A stretch of 64,000 nt of DNA from contig CP068257.2 of the NCBI GenBank assembly GCA_009914755.4, forward strand, positions 37,760,001 to 37,824,000. The letters are read 5' to 3'. Source of the stretch: the human T2T-CHM13v2.0 reference genome, Homo sapiens. Position 1 is the stretch's first letter; each line of letters begins with the position of its first letter. Positions 15,449 to 32,264 of this stretch are shown piece after piece. The notes beneath the pieces were generated by a model. That model ran no database searches, was not told where the DNA came from, and was given only the letters and a program-made list of their open reading frames with translations. The position numbers and the translations under genes were made by a program.

Positions 15449-16353
15449 GTACTGTGTCCCTTGCAGCCTGGAGGCTTCATGAGAGCGGATGAATAGAGAA
15501 GTCTGTATGTGAAGATTAGTAGAATACATACTTTGCTTCTTGGATGTTCTGAATATTGATGGAAACTTAAGTTATCTGGAGGAAACTCAGTAATAAGTAT
15601 TACTTTCCTCTTATTTGCTGGTGAACCTTTGCTTTCTAAGCACAGAAATATCTAAGATCCTCTCAGATTTTCCTCAGAGCCAACTCTTTAAAATTTTAAG
15701 CTAACTCTTAAAAATTGTAGGTTTTCATTTTTAAATTCATCACTTTTCTGAGAGAAGCCCAGAAAAAAAGTCTCACAGTGGATTCCCAGAGGCTTTTGTT
15801 CCACTCTCTAGAAAAATGCCCAGCAGTGTCCTCTTCTGAGTGTCACCTCCCGGGTCCAGTGTCCTGTGATGAAGAGCGCTTTCTCAGGGCAGCCCGTGTG
15901 CTGAGGGACCCCGGTCACAGTGTGTGCACAGTCAGAGAGCTGTCTCTGTGGCTAGGAAAACAGACAGAGGGGCCTGTCCAGGCCCAGGACAAGCTGGACT
16001 CCCACCAGGGGTTCGTGTACTGTGCACACTGGGAAATAAGGAGGAAAATTTAGTCCTGTTGGTAAGTGGTAACTGTATTATACAAAGAATCTTTGATTTC
16101 ATGAGTCGTTTTAAGAGTTTTCAAAATTAAAGCTATTCAAATCTCAATCTGAGTCGGATACTATTTTAAATAATGGCATAATGAGATGGTGGGTGACTTA
16201 AAAATTCTATTTTATATTTTCTAAATATGTTGAGCGATTGTTCCATTTATAATCAGAAAGTGTATTATAAGGGAAAATAACATTTCTGTGTATTTGAATA
16301 TTTTGTTAATTTTTCAGGACTGACATAATTATTTATCCTGTTTTTCCTTTCAG

Positions 16354-16421
16354 TGAAAGCTCGGACAGCTCAATTAGCCAAGATAAAATGGGTGATAAGT
16401 GTCGCTTTCTACGTATTGCAG
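16354..16421 (+). CDS. GET1: GET1/WRB exon 3, (V)KARTAQLAKIKWVISVAFYVLQ (68 nt)
   Basis: Acceptor tttttcctttcag|tgaaagc and donor ttgcag|gtaagtgtg. The split codon g|tg = Val joins to exon 2. Confidence 0.92.
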
Positions 16422-17750
16422 GTAAGTGTGCTAGAGCGTCAGCCGGGTCATTGGAGTTGGTGACCCCGGCCTCCAGAGCCGTGTCTGCAGATCCAGGGCT
16501 GGGAGTTCGGGCTGTTCCACCTTCAGCTGTCGTGTCGTGTGTCCCTGCCCACATGGAGCTCTAAACACTCTCGGTCTCTAAGTCAGACTAAAAGGAAGCC
16601 TTTCTCTTGAGGAGAGTTGTTAAAGTTTGGGACTTTTTGGCAGATGGACTGTGAAGTAAGTTCTCGGAGAGCTTTCACCATGCCTGCATCCCAGTGTGGT
16701 TTGAAGGGCCTGGTGGGATGAAGCGAGAGGCTTATAGATGACATCAGTTTTTTCTGAGATCTTCAATACTTTTGGCCCTTACTTGTTACCTGGTGTACTT
16801 CATGCACGCTCTCCACCCTCCAGGTAGAGAACCAGCTTTTCCGACTGGAATTGGCTTCTAGCCTCCCTGCCTGGGGCTTAACCCTCATAGCCTCTCCTGG
16901 AGCTGTTGGGCTCTGCTCTGCCCCGAGAGTGCAGTTGTGCTGCCCAGACACCTTTAGCAGCTGCCGTAAATATCCGAGTTGCAGTACCATGTGATCCGGT
17001 AACCAAGGCAAAGGATTCAAGCCCACCCCCAAAAAAGCTTAGTTTGGCAGGGTATATTGAAGGAAATTAATTCTGAGGCACTGTCATTTGCTAAGAGATA
17101 AGTTTCCGCAGACAAAGGAGTTAGGCCAGCAACCCTCTTTCATGTCTCTTCTGAGCGGCCTGTTCAAGCCAGGAAGGGGACAGATGACAATCGAAGGAAT
17201 GCTGTGGGGGGATGGAGGGAAATAAAGCATCCCCCACCATTGAAACTTACACAGGGCTCACCTCTGCGTCCCTTGCTAACACTGGTGTACGTGGGAGAAT
17301 TCACTATTTTTTCCAAGGATGGCTTTCGTCACTAATAAGGTGTGTTGAGCATACAGTCTGGCTACTCAAACGAGATACTCAGTGAGAAAAGCACACCCGT
17401 GTTATGGGAGACTTTGGTTAGTTTATCAGCTAATTTAAATTATGTGTAGATTGTGTTCATCCTAAAACAGTGAAATGCCAGTTCACATAGGAAGGCTCGC
17501 CTACTTGTTGGCAGTGTTCAGACATGCTGCTGAGCTCGTCTTTAATTTGACTTTCTCATTCAAGGTTTCACCAAGGGACATTAGTGGCTGTGCGTGCTCA
17601 TCTGTTGTCTGTGGGGACTGGGTTCCTAGGCTTGAGGTGCTCAGTCTGGAGAGTTTTCCTGGTTTTATTTTCGCATTTCCCTGTCCTCCCTTCTGTGTGG
17701 TCGGTTGTGTGATTGGCAGGCTGCTTTGCTCACCAGAGGTGTCTTTACAG

Positions 17751-17865
17751 GCTGCCCTGATGATCTCACTCATTTGGAAGTATTATTCTGTCCCTGTGGC
17801 TGTCGTGCCGAGTAAATGGATAACCCCTCTAGACCGCCTGGTAGCCTTTCCTACTAGAGTAGCAG
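17751..17865 (+). CDS. GET1: GET1/WRB exon 4, AALMISLIWKYYSVPVAVVPSKWITPLDRLVAFPTRVA + 1 nt (115 nt)
   Basis: Acceptor gtctttacag|gctgccctg and donor gtagcag|gtaagaatt. The hydrophobic segment is consistent with a GET1 transmembrane helix. Confidence 0.92.
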
Positions 17866-18229
17866 GTAAGAATTTTCTGGAAGATGCAGTGGAAGAGTGT
17901 GAATAGGCTTATGTAGAGGTGTGTGGTAGAAGATTAAGTTAGCCTGACATCCTCCTCACCGTCCATTTAGTGAGCGGGGTTTTGTGTCTCAGCCTCACAT
18001 GAGGCTTCCCATGAAGAAACTGAGGTCTGAAAAAGTTACTTCACTTGTCCAGTGTCACCAAAATGTTAAGGAGCAAAGCTAGGATTCAGTCCTAGGTCTG
18101 TTTCCGGGATCCATGCCCAATACGTCAAGTCTGATACCCCATTGAAACACTAGCCGTAGTTCCAAAATTATGTATCTTTTCAATCCCTATTATGGTTGGC
18201 TTCTCTGTAGCACTTGCTGCTCCTGGCTA

Positions 18230-18534
18230 TTCTTTTATTTTTTATTTTTTGAGACTGAGTCTCACTCCGTCACCCAGGCTGGAGTCAGTGGTGCGATCTT
18301 GGCTCACTGCAACAACCTCTGCCTCCCAGGTTCAAGCAATTCTTATGCCTCAGCCTCCCAACTAGCTGAAATTACAGGCATGCACTACCACGCCCAGCTA
18401 ATTTTTGTATTTTTAGTAGAGACAGCGTTTCACCATGTTGGCCAGGCTGGTCTCAAACTCCTGACCTTAAGTGATCCTCATGCCTTGGCCTCCCAAAGTA
18501 CTGAGATTACAGGCATGAACCACTATGCCCAGCC
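18230..18534 (-). mobile_element. Alu SINE (antisense)
   Basis: tttattttttgagactgagtctcactccgtcacccaggctggagtcagtggtgcgatc ... cctcccaaagtactgagattacaggcatgaaccactatgcccagcc. Confidence 0.9.
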
Positions 18535-18633
18535 ACGTTCTTTTATTTTTGAAGATAAATTTTTTTTAGATATTAAAAGTAGTACATGTCACTATAGAAT
18601 GATTAGAAATATAGCTATCAATTAAAAATCCCA

Positions 18634-18935
18634 GCTGGGTGCAGTGGCTCACGCCTGTAATCCTAGCACTTTGGGAGGCCAAGGTGGGCGGATTGCCTGA
18701 GCTCAGGAGTTTGAGACCAGCCTGGCCAACATGGTGAAACCCTATCTCTACTAAAATACAAAAAATTAGCTGGGCATGGTGGTGCGTGCCTGTAATTCCA
18801 GCTACTTGGGAGGCTGAGGTGTGAGAATCACTTGAATCCGAGAGGTTGCAGTGAGCTGAGATCACGCCAGTGTACCCCAGCCTGGGTGACAGAGTGAGAA
18901 TCTGTGTCAAATAAAATAAAATAAATAAAAAATAA
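18634..18935 (+). mobile_element. Alu SINE (sense) with (AAATA)n-like tail
   Basis: gctgggtgcagtggctcacgcctgtaatcctagcactttgggaggccaaggtgggcggattgcctgagctcaggagtttgagaccagcctggccaacatggtgaaaccc ... gtgacagagtgagaatctgtgtcaaataaaataaaataaataaaaaataag. Confidence 0.9.
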
Positions 18936-19049
18936 GATTCCTATTAGCTTTTAATGCTGTGATATGTTTTTCTTTGCCTTTTTTTCCCCATTTATTTTGA
19001 TATAGTTAAGGTCACCTGGCACATCACATGTTGTGCCTCCTTTTTACTT

Positions 19050-19440
19050 TATAGGGTAAGCCTATTCCCACATGTTTTAGTTTGTTAGGGTTAAGTGAAA
19101 TACTATAAACTGGGTAGCTCATAAACAACAGAAATTTATTTCTCACTGTTCCGGAGGCTGGGGAGTCCAAAATCAAGGTGCCGGCAGATTTGGTGTCTGA
19201 TGATGGCCCATTTTCCAGTTCATGGATGGTGTCTTCTCACTATGTCCTTGCATGGTGGAAGGACAAGCTCCTTTAGGCCTCTTTTATAAGGGCACTAATC
19301 CCATTCACACGGACTCTGCCCTTGTGACTTAATCACCTCCCATAAGGCCCCAATTCTTAATGCCATCACTGTGGGGGGTAGCATATTAGCATATGAATTT
19401 TAGGGGGATACAAACATTCAGACCATAGCACCATATCAGT
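19050..19440 (+). mobile_element. Ancient LTR-like interspersed repeat (ERVL-MaLR/MLT1-type; family uncertain)
   Basis: Familiar repeat text: aaacaacagaaatttatttctcactgttccggaggctggggagtccaaaatcaaggtgccggcag ... ctcttttataagggcactaatcccattca ... catatgaattttagggggatacaaacattcagaccatagca. Confidence 0.5.
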
Positions 19441-19445
19441 ACATT

Positions 19446-19756
19446 TCTTTTCTTTTTTTTCTTCTCTTTTCTTTTTGAGGCAGGGTCTTGCTCTGTTGCC
19501 CAGGCTGGCAGTGGCACCCTCATAGCTCACTACAGCCTGGAACTCCTTGGCTCAAGCGGTCCTCCCACCTTAGTCTCCTGAATAGTTAGGATCACAGTTG
19601 CACACCACCATGCCCAGCTAATTAAAAAAAAAAGTTTTTTATAGAGATGGGGTCTTGCTTTGTTGCTTAGGTTGGTCCCAAACTCCTGGCATCAAGCAAT
19701 CCTCCCTCCTCAGCCTCTCAAAGTGCTGGGATTATAGGTGTGTCACCTTGCCTGGC
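19446..19756 (-). mobile_element. Alu SINE (antisense, older AluJ-like)
   Basis: ctttttgaggcagggtcttgctctgttgcccaggctggcagtggcaccctcatagctcactacagcc ... cctctcaaagtgctgggattataggtgtgtcaccttgcctggc. Confidence 0.85.
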
Positions 19757-19950
19757 AAATTTCTTTATTAAGGAATTTTCAGTAGCTGTTCTTCATTTAG
19801 ATATCTCATTTGCAGATTTTCCTGATGAAGGATATTTATTCCGGTCCTGATTTTTTGCTATTAAAGATAATGCTGCAGCACACATACTTGCTGGTCTTTG
19901 GTTGTGATTTGTGATTATGTTAGAGGTGAATACTGTATCAAAAGGAATGA

Positions 19951-20248
<298 letters not shown>

Positions 20249-20697
20249 AGGAATGGCTGTTTCAAAGACTCCCAATTTAGCTACCACCCCTGTCCCCTTC
20301 CCCACCCTTTCCTTCCCCTCTCCTTTGTTTGACACAGCTGGGCCTAGGCCAGGAGCTCTGCACTGCGGCCAGAGAAGCATCCAGCCACCCTTCCATGCAT
20401 CCAGCAGGTCCATGGGTCACTCTTGCAGCCTGTCTTCCTGGACAGGGGGATATGTATGCCTCTCCATTATTGGTGGGGCAAGAAAGGCATAGGTAGACAT
20501 TGCTTTGTTTATAATGCTTTCTGAGAAAGGAAAAATAAATAATCTTACAGGTTTGGTTTTGGAATCTATTAATATCATAAATAGTAATGCACATCTCTCT
20601 GGCAGGAAAGGGAAATTCAGCCCAGGGTCCACCGTTCACTGCAATTCCTGCTTAGTAAAGAATACAGCCCTATGATTCTATAGAAAGTGACAAATTC

Positions 20698-21324
<627 letters not shown>

Positions 21325-21450
21325 TCACTTCAGCCCAGCACTGCTCAAAAAGAATGGAAATACTCTCTTTGCTGTGAGTTAAAGACAGCAGAGACAGATG
21401 GGGGCAGCACTGCTGGTATGCGCTCTCATGGTGAATGTCTTTGTTTTCAG

Positions 21451-21524
21451 GTGGTGTTGGAATTACCTGTTGGATTTTAGTCTGTAACAAAGTTGTCGCT
21501 ATTGTGCTTCATCCGTTCAGCTGA
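21451..21524 (+). CDS. GET1: GET1/WRB exon 5 coding part, (G)GVGITCWILVCNKVVAIVLHPFS then stop (TGA 21522-21524)
   Basis: Acceptor tctttgttttcag|gtggtgttgg. Completes the 174-aa ORF (34+55+1+22+38+1+23). The C-terminal hydrophobic segment is consistent with the last GET1 TM helix. Confidence 0.92.
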
Positions 21525-22475
21525 ACAGGAGGATGGATACAGCCGCGAGGCTAAAAAACGGATTTCCTCTTCCTAGCTTAAAATCTGATTTACACTGTTT
21601 TGTTTTTTAAGAAACAAAAGTGCATAGTTTAGATTTTTTTTTTGTTGAATATGTTTGTTCTTGGACTTTATGAGAGAGTCTTATAAGAATCACGATTTTC
21701 TACACCTGTCATTGAGCCAAGAAAGTCCAGTTTATGACACGTATGTACTAGTGAACACCGTCCTCGATCTGTACGAAATGTGAAATGTTTAGGGACATCT
21801 CCATGCTGTCACTTGTGATTTGCCCTCTTATGTATTTTGGTCATATTGCCAACTGGAAAGTCAAAATTTTCTAACAACTTTAAGTAAGTTCTTTGAAGAC
21901 TTAGTGCTGTTTTTAATCCAGTTTAGAAAGTAACTTAATTTTAATACCACTACTAAAAATTCGAAAATTTCTTCTTTAATCACATTCAATATGGTTAAAA
22001 GAACAACACTAATTGACATTGCGTGGGCTTTTTCTCCCTTTGTTTAAAATGTCATTTGTTGAGCAAGAGTTGTATAGTATTATCTACTTACTTGAGGCTG
22101 TTAATTTTTCATTACAGTGTTTTGTAAATGTATCCACGAGACCATGATGCATTGTTTTGTGCTCAACTTGTGTTTTGTATTTAAAGCATTTTGAATGAAG
22201 TGTATTTTATAAGCATTTAATATTTATGCTCTTTAGAATGGAACACAGAAAACAAACCTTATAAGTCCTGATTAATCTGAACCAATAACCTGTGTGGCCT
22301 ACAAAGTATAATTCTATTAAATGTTCCTTAAAACACTTTTTTCTAATTAAAATCTTTGCAAATGCTTGTGTAACTTCCTGCCTTACAGCTACTTGTTTGC
22401 TGTGAGCCACCCGCAACTGACAAGTGGCTGTTAACTGAGTCACCATATCCCAGTAAAGCTGAATTTTCTCACTAG
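21525..22475 (+). other. GET1: GET1 3'UTR (extent approximate)
   Basis: No splice signals follow the stop codon. Candidate polyA signals are ATTAAA at 22346-22351 and AGTAAA at 22452-22457. A TSS-to-end span of about 17.6 kb matches my recollection of the WRB gene length. The exact 3' end is not verifiable here. Confidence 0.5.
22452..22457 (+). terminator. GET1: Candidate polyadenylation signal (AGTAAA variant) for GET1
   Basis: cccagtaaagctgaattttctc. A non-canonical hexamer, so uncertain; ATTAAA at 22346 is an alternative. Confidence 0.35.
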
Positions 22476-23196
22476 TTTCTGCAAGTTCATATTTGTACTC
22501 TTTTGTTTCCTAATGATCTAATAAGTAGTTTGTTGTTATTTTAGCTGATTGGACTGTGAGAAGACAAAGTGCTGTGGTCCTTTATTTATTGTCATGCTGA
22601 AGGCCACCACAGCAGCTTTTGGGTTCCACTTACTCAAACACACATGCACGCAGGCTTACCCAGCACCAAGTTTACTTAGCTTTAAGAAAGGACAGAGCAG
22701 GGAACGCAGCCACAGCCTGGTGGAGGAACTGGACACCAGCTTCCAGTGTCCGTCACCACACGGGATACATTTTGCCCACAAAGGATGAGAAGCCAACCTG
22801 GGGAGGAGATGAGAGTAGCACACGGAAGCTGCAGGAACTAGTCCTTCAGACGAAATATAGCACCAAGGGGGCACGTGCCTAACTCCCGTTTTAGTAAGCT
22901 GCAGGCAGAAATGATGGTGGACAGTCAACAGTGCACCGGCCATGTAGAGCGTGCCCAGGGAACTGCTGGGATCACTCATCCGCATACAGTGTCCATGATG
23001 ATACCCGTATCTCTTAAAGATATTCTCATTCAGTTGTTACAAGAATTTTGACAAATCTCACTGAGGCTAGAGGTAAAAATTTCTGGTTCACAGCTATTAA
23101 CTTTCCCCATGCGTGAATAGTTTGTGATGATTAAATAGGGGAAATGTAAATGTCCTTTATGTTTCACATTATTGTGTTTTTTTAGAAATTATACAG

Positions 23197-23642
<446 letters not shown>

Positions 23643-24002
23643 TGATGAACACGGTGATGAATTCAGAAGATAGAGAAAGAGCTACAGTAAATGTGCATCT
23701 TACGACTCTTGTCCCCCAATTTCCCAAAGTTTTCCTCTGTTAACAGTTTTTTATGATTCTGCCAGTGATATTCCATGCATTTATGAATATTCATGCATGT
23801 GCTTTTAAGACATGTTTTAAAGGTATAAAAATAATACCTAAAAAGACAAAAGTAGTACCTATTTACTGTTTTTTTTTAAAAATGGAACTTGGGAAGTACA
23901 GAAAAGCAGCAAGGAAGAAAAACCTATGACTCCATAGAACTAGGGTGACTGGCGTTAGCATCTGTGCTTTTGTTTTTTGCATATATGTGTGTATAATGTT
24001 GA

Positions 24003-24320
<318 letters not shown>

Positions 24321-24496
24321 TGGGTTTTTGTTTTTATTTTAAAAATACTGGATATATTTTATAGCTTCACGTGAAAGCAGGTATCTCTTTGATTTAAAAT
24401 ACATCTAAAGCTCTCTTCATACCGATTTTGTCATAAATTTATGGTAAATCAAGCAGGGAAATTTTTAAATATACAAATCCATAATCTTTTTTTAAT

Positions 24497-24606
24497 TTTT
24501 TTTTTTTTTTTAAGTAGAGACAGGGTCTCACTATGTTGCCCAGGCTGGTCTCAAACTCTTGGGCTCAAGTGCTGGGATTACAGGTGTGAGCCACCATGCC
24601 CAGCCC
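24497..24606 (-). mobile_element. Alu fragment (antisense)
   Basis: poly-T aagtagagacagggtctcactatgttgcccaggctggtctcaaactcttgggctcaagtgctgggattacaggtgtgagccaccatgcccagcc. Confidence 0.8.
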
Positions 24607-24745
24607 ATAATCAATTTTTATTCATTTTATGTGCTGTTGCCACCATAAGGGGCTGGAATGCTAGGCAAACTGGTTTACTGTCCCCTGACCTGGGGGGGCT
24701 CTCTGGCCTTCCATAGTTTTTCTTACACAGTGCATCATGGGAGAG

Positions 24746-24776
24746 GTGTGTGTGTGTGTGTGTGCACGCGCACGTG
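24746..24776. repeat. (GT)n microsatellite
   Basis: gtgtgtgtgtgtgtgtgtgcacgcgcacgtg. Confidence 0.9.
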
Positions 24777-25496
24777 CTGACAGCCCCCCGGAACCGGAGC
24801 TTTAGACTTAAAGCTTTCTCCCTTATGGTGGTGGTTTCCTTTCTTTCCCATCCTCATCTGAGCATTTAAAATACTATCTGTATGACTGATTTGTTGTGTC
24901 TGCTGTTGTGGTTTTGTTTCTCTTGTTGTAGATCCTTGTTTTGTGTGTGATAAAAGGTTATTTCAGTGATGACGCAAGTGCCTTTAGGGCCAGAGACTAT
25001 TCCTTGAGCTTTTCTGTACTCCTCCTGCATGCCTTCAGTCAGTACCCAAGAGTATTTAACTCACAATCACATAATGGTTTTCCACTAGAGCCGTGTATGG
25101 AGTCTGTTTTCTTTGCAGTTGAAATGTTAGCAATTAACAACCGTCAGGAGAATTTTCTAAGTGCTGCTCTCTTATAAGGCCTGCGGTATGGAGCACTTTG
25201 ATGACATCTCAGATTCAAAGCCATGTGTGACTGGTTTGAACACCATTGGAATCCCAGGCCAGGCAGCTCATCCTGTCTCTGGACCCAGGGTTCTTGTGTG
25301 GGTCGGCTTTCCTGCATGCATCTTTGGGTTCTAATGCGTATCAATCTATTGACACGCAGAGTGCTGACTCTTACTAGTGAATTCAATCATAAATAGCATG
25401 AATATTGTGTAGTTTTAGCCAATATTGTGGGAAAGGATATTGGACTCTAAAGGGTAGGGTAATCATTCCTTTATGTTGGCCAAATTCTTTTCCTGT

Positions 25497-25930
25497 ATTT
25501 TTTTTTTTTTAGAGACAGGGTCTCATTCTGTCACCCAGGCTGGAGTGCAGTGACATGATCATAGCTCACTACAACCTCGTGCTCCTGGTCTCAAGTGATC
25601 CTCCAGCCTTGGCCTCCTGAGTAGCTGGGATTACAGGCATGCGCCACCATGCCTGGCTGTTTCTCATTTTTTATTTTTGTAGAGAGGAGGGTCTGACTGT
25701 GTTCCCAGGTTGGTCTCGAACTCCTGGACTCAAGTAATCCTCCTGCCTCAGCCTGCTAAGTAGGTGGGACAATAGGTGTGTACCACAACTTTGGACTAAT
25801 TTTTAAATTTTTGTAGAGACGGGGTCTTGCTATGTTGCCCAGGCTGGTTTCAAACTCCTGGCCTTAAGTGATCTTCTGCCTCAGCTTCCCAGAGTGCTGT
25901 GATTACAGGTGTGAGCCACTGTGTCCAGCC
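25497..25930 (-). mobile_element. Cluster of three partial Alu elements/monomers (antisense, AluJ-like)
   Basis: 25497-25656 agagacagggtctcattctgtcacccaggctggagtgcagtgacatgatcatagctcactacaacc...ggcatgcgccaccatgcctggc. 25670-25796 tagagaggagggtctgactgtgttcccaggttggtctcgaactcctggactcaag... 25797-25930 tagagacggggtcttgctatgttgcccaggctggtttcaaactcctggcc...gtgattacaggtgtgagccactgtgtccagcc. Confidence 0.75.
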
Positions 25931-26671
25931 ATTTTTCCTGAGTCTTTTTAAAAAATAGTTTTTATTAAATATTGAGAGGTATAAAATATTTAAAATATGT
26001 AAATTTTAAAGAATAAAAATACAATACAAATCTTTGTATCTTTCACCCAAGTTTTAGAAGAACCTTTGCGATCCCCACTGAGTAAAGGTAACACCACTGC
26101 TCTGAATTTTATCATTTCCTATTCGTCAGAGTTGTATCACATACTTGAATCTGTAAAAATACATTGTTTGGTTTCTCATGCTTTTCAGCACGCAGACATG
26201 TCTGTTTTTTTGCGCTTCACTTTACTGTGCTCTGTAGAGACTATATTTTTCACAAATTGAAGGTCTGTGGCAACCCTGCATCGAGCAAGTCTGTCAGCGC
26301 CGTTTATCCACAGCATGTGCTCACTTTGTGTGTGTGTGTCACGTTTTGGTAGTTCTCATAACATCTCATATTTTTTCGTTATTATATGTTATGGTGGTCT
26401 GTGATCAGTGATCTTTGATGTTACTACTGTAATTGTTTTGGGGCATCAAGAACTACACCCGTATGAGGCAGCAGATTTAATGTATAAATGTGTGTGTGCT
26501 GACTGCACCACTGACTTGGCCATTCCCGTCTCTCCCCCTTCCCCAGGGCTCCCTATTCCTTAAGACACAAAAATGTTGAAATTAGGGCAACATTGGCCCC
26601 TAATTTCAATAATAATGATGACCTCTAAATGTTCAAGTGCAAGGAAGAGTTGCGTGTCTTTCGTGCTAGCT

Positions 26672-26977
<306 letters not shown>

Positions 26978-27916
26978 TGTAAAGAGTCTGAGTTCTTTAC
27001 TTACAATCTTTTAGTTCACTGAGCTGGAGACCCCAGGGAGGTCCCAGCATTGTATGGAAAACGGACCCCCTAACTTGGGCTGCCTGGGTTTTGTCCTCAG
27101 GAGGAGTCTGTGTTGCTCAGACATATTCGGCAAATGCCCTTTAGGCAGAAGCTTACTTTAGTGCTTTGCTTACTTATCTCCTTGGGTGCCTAATTTCTTT
27201 TCGTGTTTACCAGCTGAGCAGCTGATTTAGAAACGTTTTCTATAGTTGGTACAGCATTTTTAGCTTTTGTTACAGCAAGAGTGTTGGAGTACCTTCTCTC
27301 TCAGAGCTCAGGAAATGGATTTGTTTTTAAAAATCTTTTTTCCATGATCGTAAAGTTATGTTCATCATAGCAAACATGCGAAAGAAAGCCAGAGTAGAAA
27401 ACACTAAAAGTAAATTAAAAATTGGCCCCAATCTCATAATACTCAGAGATAAAAAGTTAGCATGTTAATCTGTTACCCTCTAACTTTTTTATTCATACAG
27501 TTAAGATGACTAGACAACAACAGGCTTAGATTGTATTTTTATTAAATTAGTTCTCTACACTTCTAAATATAGCTCTGATTTAATATCACGATGTGTGCTT
27601 TCATTGTGGGTGGGCATAAGAAAAGATCCCTTGGAAAATCCTCTGTCTGCTATGAAGCTGGAGTAGACACTGTCATGTTACTCAGCATACCATTTCCAGG
27701 AGTCCTTTTAATACATTTCTCCGGAATTGAGGCCACTATGTCATCTCACTTAATTTGCGTATTTCCCCTTATGAGCCTGTGAGAGCTCTCCCTCCCTGCC
27801 TCCCTTACTCCTTCCGTCCTCTTCTTTTCTATGTTATTCCACCTTGCTTTTCATAAACGATCAAAGCATATGCCAATTGTAGTATTTATCTCATCTTTGG
27901 TTTTATTATTTTTTAA

Positions 27917-28710
<794 letters not shown>

Positions 28711-29046
28711 TAAACAAGTTGCCCTTATAACTAAATGAAGTAAGCTAAATAAAGTGAGGCTGGGAGTATAGCCTCCTTTTTACAGTCCTAATTTAAAATA
28801 TCCTAAGTTTAGTAAATATATTAGTTAGGACTGAGCAGCTAGCTCGAATAAACACCAGCAGGGCCATGGTACTGTTTTATGGTTTTTAGAACAAGGTTAA
28901 CAGAAAAATGGTCAACATACAGGTATGCAACAAATCTCAATAAATGATACTGGATCTCAGGTGTACACAAGGAAAGCATCACCCACAAAGGCAGGACATT
29001 GGATACCCAGGTTAGCTGAATAAGAGAAACTCAAAAATGATTTTCA

Positions 29047-29357
29047 TGGCTGGGCACGGTGGCTCACGCCTGTCATTCCCAGCACTTTGGGAGGCTGAGG
29101 TGGGCAGATCACCTGAGGTCAGGAGTTCAAGACCAGCCTGGCTAACATGGCAAAACCATTTTTAGTCTCTAATAAAAATAGAAAAATTAGCTGGGTGTGG
29201 TGGTGCATGCCTGTAATCCCAGCTACTCTGTAGGCTGAGACACGAGAATCGCTTGAACCCCGGCAGGGCGGAGGTTGCAGTGAGCCAAGATTGTTATCAC
29301 TGCACTCCAGCCTGGGTGACACACTGAGACACTGTCAAAAAAAAAAAAAAAAAAAAG
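29047..29357 (+). mobile_element. Alu SINE (sense)
   Basis: ggctgggcacggtggctcacgcctgtcattcccagcactttgggaggctgaggtgggcagatcacctgaggtcaggagttcaagaccagcctggctaacatggcaaaacc ... gcactccagcctgggtgacacactgagacactgtc + A20. Confidence 0.9.
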
Positions 29358-29383
29358 ATTTTCATGAAACTAAGCTTGGTAAT

Positions 29384-29418
29384 CACTATATATATACACA
29401 CATACATACATATATGTA
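29384..29418. repeat. (TA)n/(CATA)n simple repeat
   Basis: tatatatacacacatacatacatatatgta. Confidence 0.85.
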
Positions 29419-29717
29419 TTTTTTTTTTTTTTTGAGATGGAGTCTCGCTCTGTCACCCAGGCTAGGGTGCAGTGGTGTTATTTTGGTTCACTGCAGCCTC
29501 TGCCTCCTGGGGTTCCAGCGATTCTCCTGCCTCAGCCTCCTGGGTAGCTGCCATTACAGGCATGTGCCACCACACCCAGCTGATTTTTTGTATTTTTAGT
29601 AGAGACAGGGTTTCACCATGTTGGCCAGGCTGGTCTCAAACTCCTAACCTCAGGTGATCCACCTACCTCGGTCTCCCAAAGTGTTGGGATTACTGGCGTG
29701 AGCCATGGCACCCAGCC
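29419..29717 (-). mobile_element. Alu SINE (antisense)
   Basis: poly-T gagatggagtctcgctctgtcacccaggctagggtgcagtggtgttattttggttcactgcagcc ... ctcccaaagtgttgggattactggcgtgagccatggcacccagcc. Confidence 0.9.
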
Positions 29718-29785
29718 TATTTTTTTTTTTTAGTAAAAAGAGTCTTTTGATCATATTGTTCCCTTTCAAAGCTGCTGCCACATTT

Positions 29786-30078
29786 TGTTTTTATTTTTTG
29801 AGACACGGTCTCACTCCGATTGCCCAAGCTAGAGTGCAGTGGCACGATCATGCTCACTGAAGCCTCGACCTGGGCACAAGTGATTCTTTGACCTCAGCCT
29901 CCCAAGTAGCTGGGACTACAGGCACACACCACCACACCTGGCTAATTCTTATAATTTTTGTAGAGACGGGGTTGTACCATGTTGGCCAGGCTGGTCTTAA
30001 ACTCCTGGACTCAAGTGATCCTCCCACCTTGGCCTCCTAAAATGCTGGGATTACAGGCAAGAACCACTGCATCTGGCC
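29786..30078 (-). mobile_element. Alu SINE (antisense)
   Basis: tttgtttttattttttgagacacggtctcactccgattgcccaagctagagtgcagtggcacgatcatgctcactgaagcc ... cctcctaaaatgctgggattacaggcaagaaccactgcatctggcc. Confidence 0.85.
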
Positions 30079-30466
30079 TGCTTCCATGTTTTTAAGTTAC
30101 AATTCAACTCTATTGCTGATAAATTTTGTTGTGTAGGAGATGCATGTCTTGGGTTGACTAACTTAAGAGTTACTAGCTATGGAGTCCCACAGAATACTAA
30201 AACCATATAGTAAACCAGTCTTCCAGAAGATAATGGATGTTTCAGTTGTAAAGATGTAAATTTGTATTTGAAGTGTTATCATTGGCTAATATAAAATAGA
30301 TTTTTTACTAGATTAGCAATCAAACAAAAATTTAATTATCGAAAGTCAATTAAGTACTAAAACACACACATACATACACTCCCTCTCTCACACATTTCAA
30401 AAATAAGATGCAAGGCACATAAGCAGCATTATATCAAACCAGAATGCATTAGGATATTGATTATAT

Positions 30467-31219
<753 letters not shown>

Positions 31220-31417
31220 TTAGTGCTGTTTAAAATGAATGGATCTCTATTTCAAGATGGCATGTCTAGTACACTTACGTGCACCGCCTCACAAGCACAC
31301 TGAAATGACAGAAAAGGTAAGAAAATAGATGCATAGACAAAAGATTACAGAGAAAGGTGCTATTAACAAATGTGTTATGTTACAGTTTCTTGGAACTTCC
31401 CAAGCAGATGGGAATTA

Positions 31418-31807
<390 letters not shown>

Positions 31808-31810
<3 letters not shown>

Positions 31811-31862
31811 AAACAAAACAAAACAAAACAGAACAGAAGAACAGAACAGAACAGAACAGGAC
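31808..31862. repeat. (AAACA)n/(GAACA)n simple repeat derived from the Alu tail
   Basis: caaaacaaaacaaaacaaaacagaacagaagaacagaacagaacagaacagg. Confidence 0.9.
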
Positions 31863-32264
31863 ACAATGAGAACATTTTTCATCCATCCAACTGGCAAATA
31901 ATTTCTAGAGCTGGTGAGAAGATGGGGAAATTGGAATGTTTGGTCCCCACTGGTGGGTGTGTTGTTGGTACAGCATTTTTGGATGGCAATTTGGCAGTAT
32001 CAAGATTTTAGGTGAATATACTCTTAGACCTAACAACTTCTTCTTAGAACGAACCTACAAAAAATAGACAAGGATAAGTGCAACGATGTTCACTGTGGCG
32101 TGGGTTAGTAACAATAAAACCTCCTAAACATCTGCCAAAGGAATAATGGTTAAATAAGGTATGGCACGTGCAGTCTGTGGAATTCCAGGCAGTTATTATA
32201 GACAATGAGCTGGATCCATGTGAACTGATGGGGAAGGATGTTCCCACTACAGAATATAAGCACA